Of a DNA stretch of 64,000 nucleotides, positions 60,930-64,000 are shown piece after piece. Numbering within the stretch: the first letter of the stretch is position 1; every line of letters begins with the position of its first letter. The stretch lies in assembly GCA_050950165.1 (NCBI GenBank), contig JBMNHC010000001.1, positions 255,151-319,150 on the forward strand, in the 5' to 3' direction. The position numbers and the translations under genes are program-made. Below the pieces are notes generated by a model. The model was not told where the DNA came from. It did no database searches and saw only the letters and a program-made list of their open reading frames with translations. This stretch comes from Candidatus Dojkabacteria bacterium (GTDB lineage: Bacteria > Patescibacteriota > Dojkabacteria > SC72).

Positions 60930-61128
60930 TTTAATCTCCTTCCTTATTTTTATTTTCAAAGATCTAACAAACACCCTATTATACTACACTTTTGCCTTTT
61001 AGACTAGGATAATTCACTTCTAGCTTGATAATATTCTAATCTATTTTGTTTACATCTCACCAACTCTAATATTTAATAAACCTCTCCTTTATAGACAAAC
61101 GAGAAATGCTTTCATATAATGGATATAT

Positions 61129-61776
61129 ATGAAAAAGTGGAAATCTGCCTTAATAGCTATATCTATTGTTCTTGTTCTCTCTTTACTTCTCTTCTTTTTA
61201 CCACCAGAGAATATATTTAAACAGATACCGATAATAAAGACCTTCTATCAAAATACTACTTTAGAAATCACTATGCCGAATGGAAAAGCTATGGTTAAAA
61301 TAAATGGAAAAGAGTATGGAGAAACACCTACAAATATACAAAGTTTAGTTGCAGGAGAGTATGAAGTAGAACTAGAAAGAATATCCTCTCAAGATGGGTA
61401 TTACAAACCTCAGAAGTTTAAAGTCTTACTAACTAAAAACAGTACATCTAGAATAAATATGGAGATAGGACCAGATGATAACTTACACGGCTCTATACTC
61501 TACTACTCTGAAGACAGAAGTGTTAGTAATAAGGGGAAATTAACAATAACTACAAACTCTCCCAGTACAAAGGTATACCTAAATTCAGAATTCTTAAAAT
61601 CAACACCAATTACAAATCTAGATATGGATGAAGGAGAATACGAACTACTCTTAGAAGCAGAAGGCTATGAATCCCTAAGCCTACCAGTAGTTATTAGAAA
61701 AGGATATATACTTAATATAAAGGGATATTTACTACCAATATCTCTAATATTTGATAAACAAGAGAGCAATGAGTAA
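61129..61776 (+). CDS. PEGA domain protein (two PEGA repeats), TM-anchored
   Basis: AMVKINGKEYGETP..LVAGEYEVEL and TKVYLNSEFLKSTP..EGEYELLLEAEGY. Confidence 0.88.
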   Translation: MKKWKSALIAISIVLVLSLLLFFLPPENIFKQIPIIKTFYQNTTLEITMPNGKAMVKINGKEYGETPTNIQSLVAGEYEVELERISSQDGYYKPQKFKVLLTKNSTSRINMEIGPDDNLHGSILYYSEDRSVSNKGKLTITTNSPSTKVYLNSEFLKSTPITNLDMDEGEYELLLEAEGYESLSLPVVIRKGYILNIKGYLLPISLIFDKQESNE

Positions 61777-64000
61777 CACAGACTTAACAAAGATAAAAGG
61801 ACAAACACCTGTATCGATAATAGTACATGGAGGAACATATATTGGGTTTCTTCTTGCTAAAACATTGTTAGAACAGGGAAGTCAGGTAGTAATAATAGAT
61901 AGATATACATCTAAATCGAAAGAGTATTTCTCTATACTTAAAAAGAGTGGAAAGGTTAGCTTTATAGACTTTAAAGGTTTAAAAAACTTCTATGAAAAAA
62001 TAGCAAGAATAGATTACATGTTCTATCTACTTGGTGATTTGCTAGAGAGGAAAAATAGCGTAGATAGTAAAGATTTCCTCTCTGAGACTGATTACTTAGG
62101 AAGTAGCTTAACCTCTGCACATAAATTTAAAGCTAAAGTATCCTTAGTAACATCACTTAGGTTAAACAGAGAGCTTTCTAACAGGGTAAATAACGAAAGA
62201 AGTGGGAAAAGCTCTCCTTACACAACACTAGAATTACAAAGATATGCAGAAAACTTTGTTGCTGAGTATGTAGATAAAACAAAATCTAACGTTAGAATAT
62301 TAAGATTAGGAACTGTTTTAGGAAAAGGTGTAGAGAATCTCTCGGATAATGTTTTGGATAAGCTCTTTACTGACGCTACACAGAAACCTCAAATAGAGAT
62401 ATTGGGAGAAGGGTTGGAGGTACATAACCTAATACACGAAAGTGATGCTATATACGGTATTCTTAAACTAACATTTGATGACAAAACAAAGGGAGAAGTA
62501 ATATCTCTTTGTAACAAAAATGACTACACTACACTATCCTTAGCATACAAACTACTAGAATTAGATGTAGAGTCTAAAGCTATACGATTTGTAGAAAGAA
62601 CAGATACTGACTCTGTTTTACAAGACCTTTACACACCTGCACCTAATGCTTCAGACTACTCTTGGAAACAGAGAATTGCACTAGAAGAATCTGTAATAGA
62701 GCAAGCTAAGTCTTACTATGCAAAATCTGATAAAAAATGGGATGTTTCTAAAGCAGAACTGAAGAAGGAGAAAAAAGAACTCTCTACGGTATCTAAAACT
62801 AAACTAGGACTTTTCCTATACAACATATTCTCACCTATAAAACAGGCCTTATCTCCAGAAAAATTCTTTAGTGAAATTAGCTATACAAAGATATTCAGAT
62901 GGTTAACAGCAATAGTTGTATCGATAATAGCAATATATTACTTTCTCTCTCCAATACTAGGGATATCTCTAAGTTCATACTTGATATATTCAGAAACAAA
63001 GAATATTAAAATCTCATTTGAAAAACTAGACTTTGAAACAATTGGAAGAAAAGCACCTGCAATATCTAACAATATTGTAAAGATAGAGAATAATCTCTCT
63101 AGACTTTACTGGCTATTCAACCTTACTAACAGTAAAGAGATGTACAGAAGTGCAAGTCAACTCATTCAAGGTAGTAAATATGCAATGGATAGTGCATCAG
63201 ATCTTGTACTAGGCTTACAACCACTAGGAGAATATATTAAAGACTTTAAACCAGCACTTACTTTTGACTCTGCAACTACATCTACAACAAGAGAGTATAG
63301 AGAATATCTTTTAGCTATGAACGATAATCAGTATAACCTGAGAGAGGGGATATATAAAATGAGTCTAGCTCAGAGTTTAATAGATAGTGTCAACACAAAG
63401 GGTTTTCCTAAATATCTACAAAATTTCGTACTAGAATACAAAGGTACAATAGAAGATGTTAATAATGCAGTACTACCATTAGAGAAGGTTGTACAATTTC
63501 TACCAGATCTTTTAGGAGTAAATGAGAGACAGAGATATTTAATATTGCTACAAAATGATGGAGAGATACGAAGTAGTGGAGGATGGATAACAAGCTATGC
63601 AGTTTTAGCCATAGAAGGAGGACAGATAAGGGAGTTGTTCGTAGATGATATATATAATGCAGAAGGAACCTTAAAGATAAAAGGACATTCATACAAAACA
63701 CCTACCTCAATGATTAGAGCCCTGTCAGATATTCCATATACTTTCTCTTTAATAAACTGGAATCCTAATCTAGACAGTATCATGACAGATTCCGAACAGT
63801 TCATATATGATTTGGGTAAGGGTAATGATATAGATGGAATAATTACAATAGATACAGTATTTTTACAGAAACTCTTAGATAGATGGGGAGGAGTAGAAGT
63901 ACCTGGCGAGTCTGAGATAATTACATCTACTAATCTATACCAAAAAATATTTGAAATGCATACTGAATTTACACCAGGATCGACTAGGAAATCATCTTTC
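61769..64000 (+). CDS. Degenerate NAD-dependent epimerase domain, TM, helical stalk and DUF4012 fusion (runs off the window end)
   Basis: Manual translation: IIVHGGTYIGFLLAKTLLEQGSQVVIID..IDYMFYL..VRIIRLGTVLG. In the same frame at about 63536: YLILLQNDGEIRSSGGWITSY, NWNPNL, IDGIITID (DUF4012 pattern). Confidence 0.85.
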   Translation, partial: MSNTDLTKIKGQTPVSIIVHGGTYIGFLLAKTLLEQGSQVVIIDRYTSKSKEYFSILKKSGKVSFIDFKGLKNFYEKIARIDYMFYLLGDLLERKNSVDSKDFLSETDYLGSSLTSAHKFKAKVSLVTSLRLNRELSNRVNNERSGKSSPYTTLELQRYAENFVAEYVDKTKSNVRILRLGTVLGKGVENLSDNVLDKLFTDATQKPQIEILGEGLEVHNLIHESDAIYGILKLTFDDKTKGEVISLCNKNDYTTLSLAYKLLELDVESKAIRFVERTDTDSVLQDLYTPAPNASDYSWKQRIALEESVIEQAKSYYAKSDKKWDVSKAELKKEKKELSTVSKTKLGLFLYNIFSPIKQALSPEKFFSEISYTKIFRWLTAIVVSIIAIYYFLSPILGISLSSYLIYSETKNIKISFEKLDFETIGRKAPAISNNIVKIENNLSRLYWLFNLTNSKEMYRSASQLIQGSKYAMDSASDLVLGLQPLGEYIKDFKPALTFDSATTSTTREYREYLLAMNDNQYNLREGIYKMSLAQSLIDSVNTKGFPKYLQNFVLEYKGTIEDVNNAVLPLEKVVQFLPDLLGVNERQRYLILLQNDGEIRSSGGWITSYAVLAIEGGQIRELFVDDIYNAEGTLKIKGHSYKTPTSMIRALSDIPYTFSLINWNPNLDSIMTDSEQFIYDLGKGNDIDGIITIDTVFLQKLLDRWGGVEVPGESEIITSTNLYQKIFEMHTEFTPGSTRKSSF

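Noticed and set aside
1281-63804. Many short antisense or alternate-frame ORFs (e.g. 10947-11528, 14207-14644, 27084-27545, 32893-33402, 38331-38906, 63459-63804)
   Set aside because: Shadows of well-supported genes, with no recognisable motifs.
1-64000. Genetic code 25 (TGA=Gly), tRNA/rRNA genes, CRISPR arrays, introns or inteins
   Set aside because: Conserved genes are full length under code 11 and several end in TGA. Intergenic gaps are short, with no cloverleaf or repeat-spacer pattern seen by eye. RpoB, RpoC and FtsK show no intein-sized inserts.

Overview
A low-GC, gene-dense chromosomal segment read in genetic code 11 (TGA acts as stop). Gene content and short protein variants point to a CPR/Patescibacteria genome, plausibly Dojkabacteria (inference, not verified). 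Most of the window is housekeeping: dnaJ (partial), alaS-ruvX-mltG, holA, rpsT, lepA, recF, sufS, dcd, folD, groES/EL, hrcA-grpE-dnaK, rplY, rpoB-rpoC-rpsL-rpsG, ftsK-rodZ-dnaG and rsmA. Interleaved are envelope and surface genes (sortase, a TPATG-tagged DUF11 protein, Ig/FN3/PEGA proteins, LCP, MurJ, GT2, WecA-like, O-antigen-ligase-like TPR protein, an epimerase-DUF4012 fusion) and a PrgI/TraC-like/VirB4 secretion core. No rRNA, tRNA, CRISPR array or transposase was seen. Main observations: (1) -10 boxes lie 5-10 nt upstream of start codons throughout, suggesting pervasive leaderless or near-leaderless mRNAs; (2) several intact ORFs have lost their catalytic motifs (WecA-like, O-ligase-like, SDR domain, ABC H-loop, ComF, S24 domain); (3) a Lon AAA+ module without protease domain or pore-loop Tyr abuts the VirB4 locus; (4) three CIRCE operators define a dispersed HrcA regulon; (5) the rpoB leader is structured and its promoter holds a palindrome; (6) RpoB and S12 carry natural substitutions at rifampicin and streptomycin sites.
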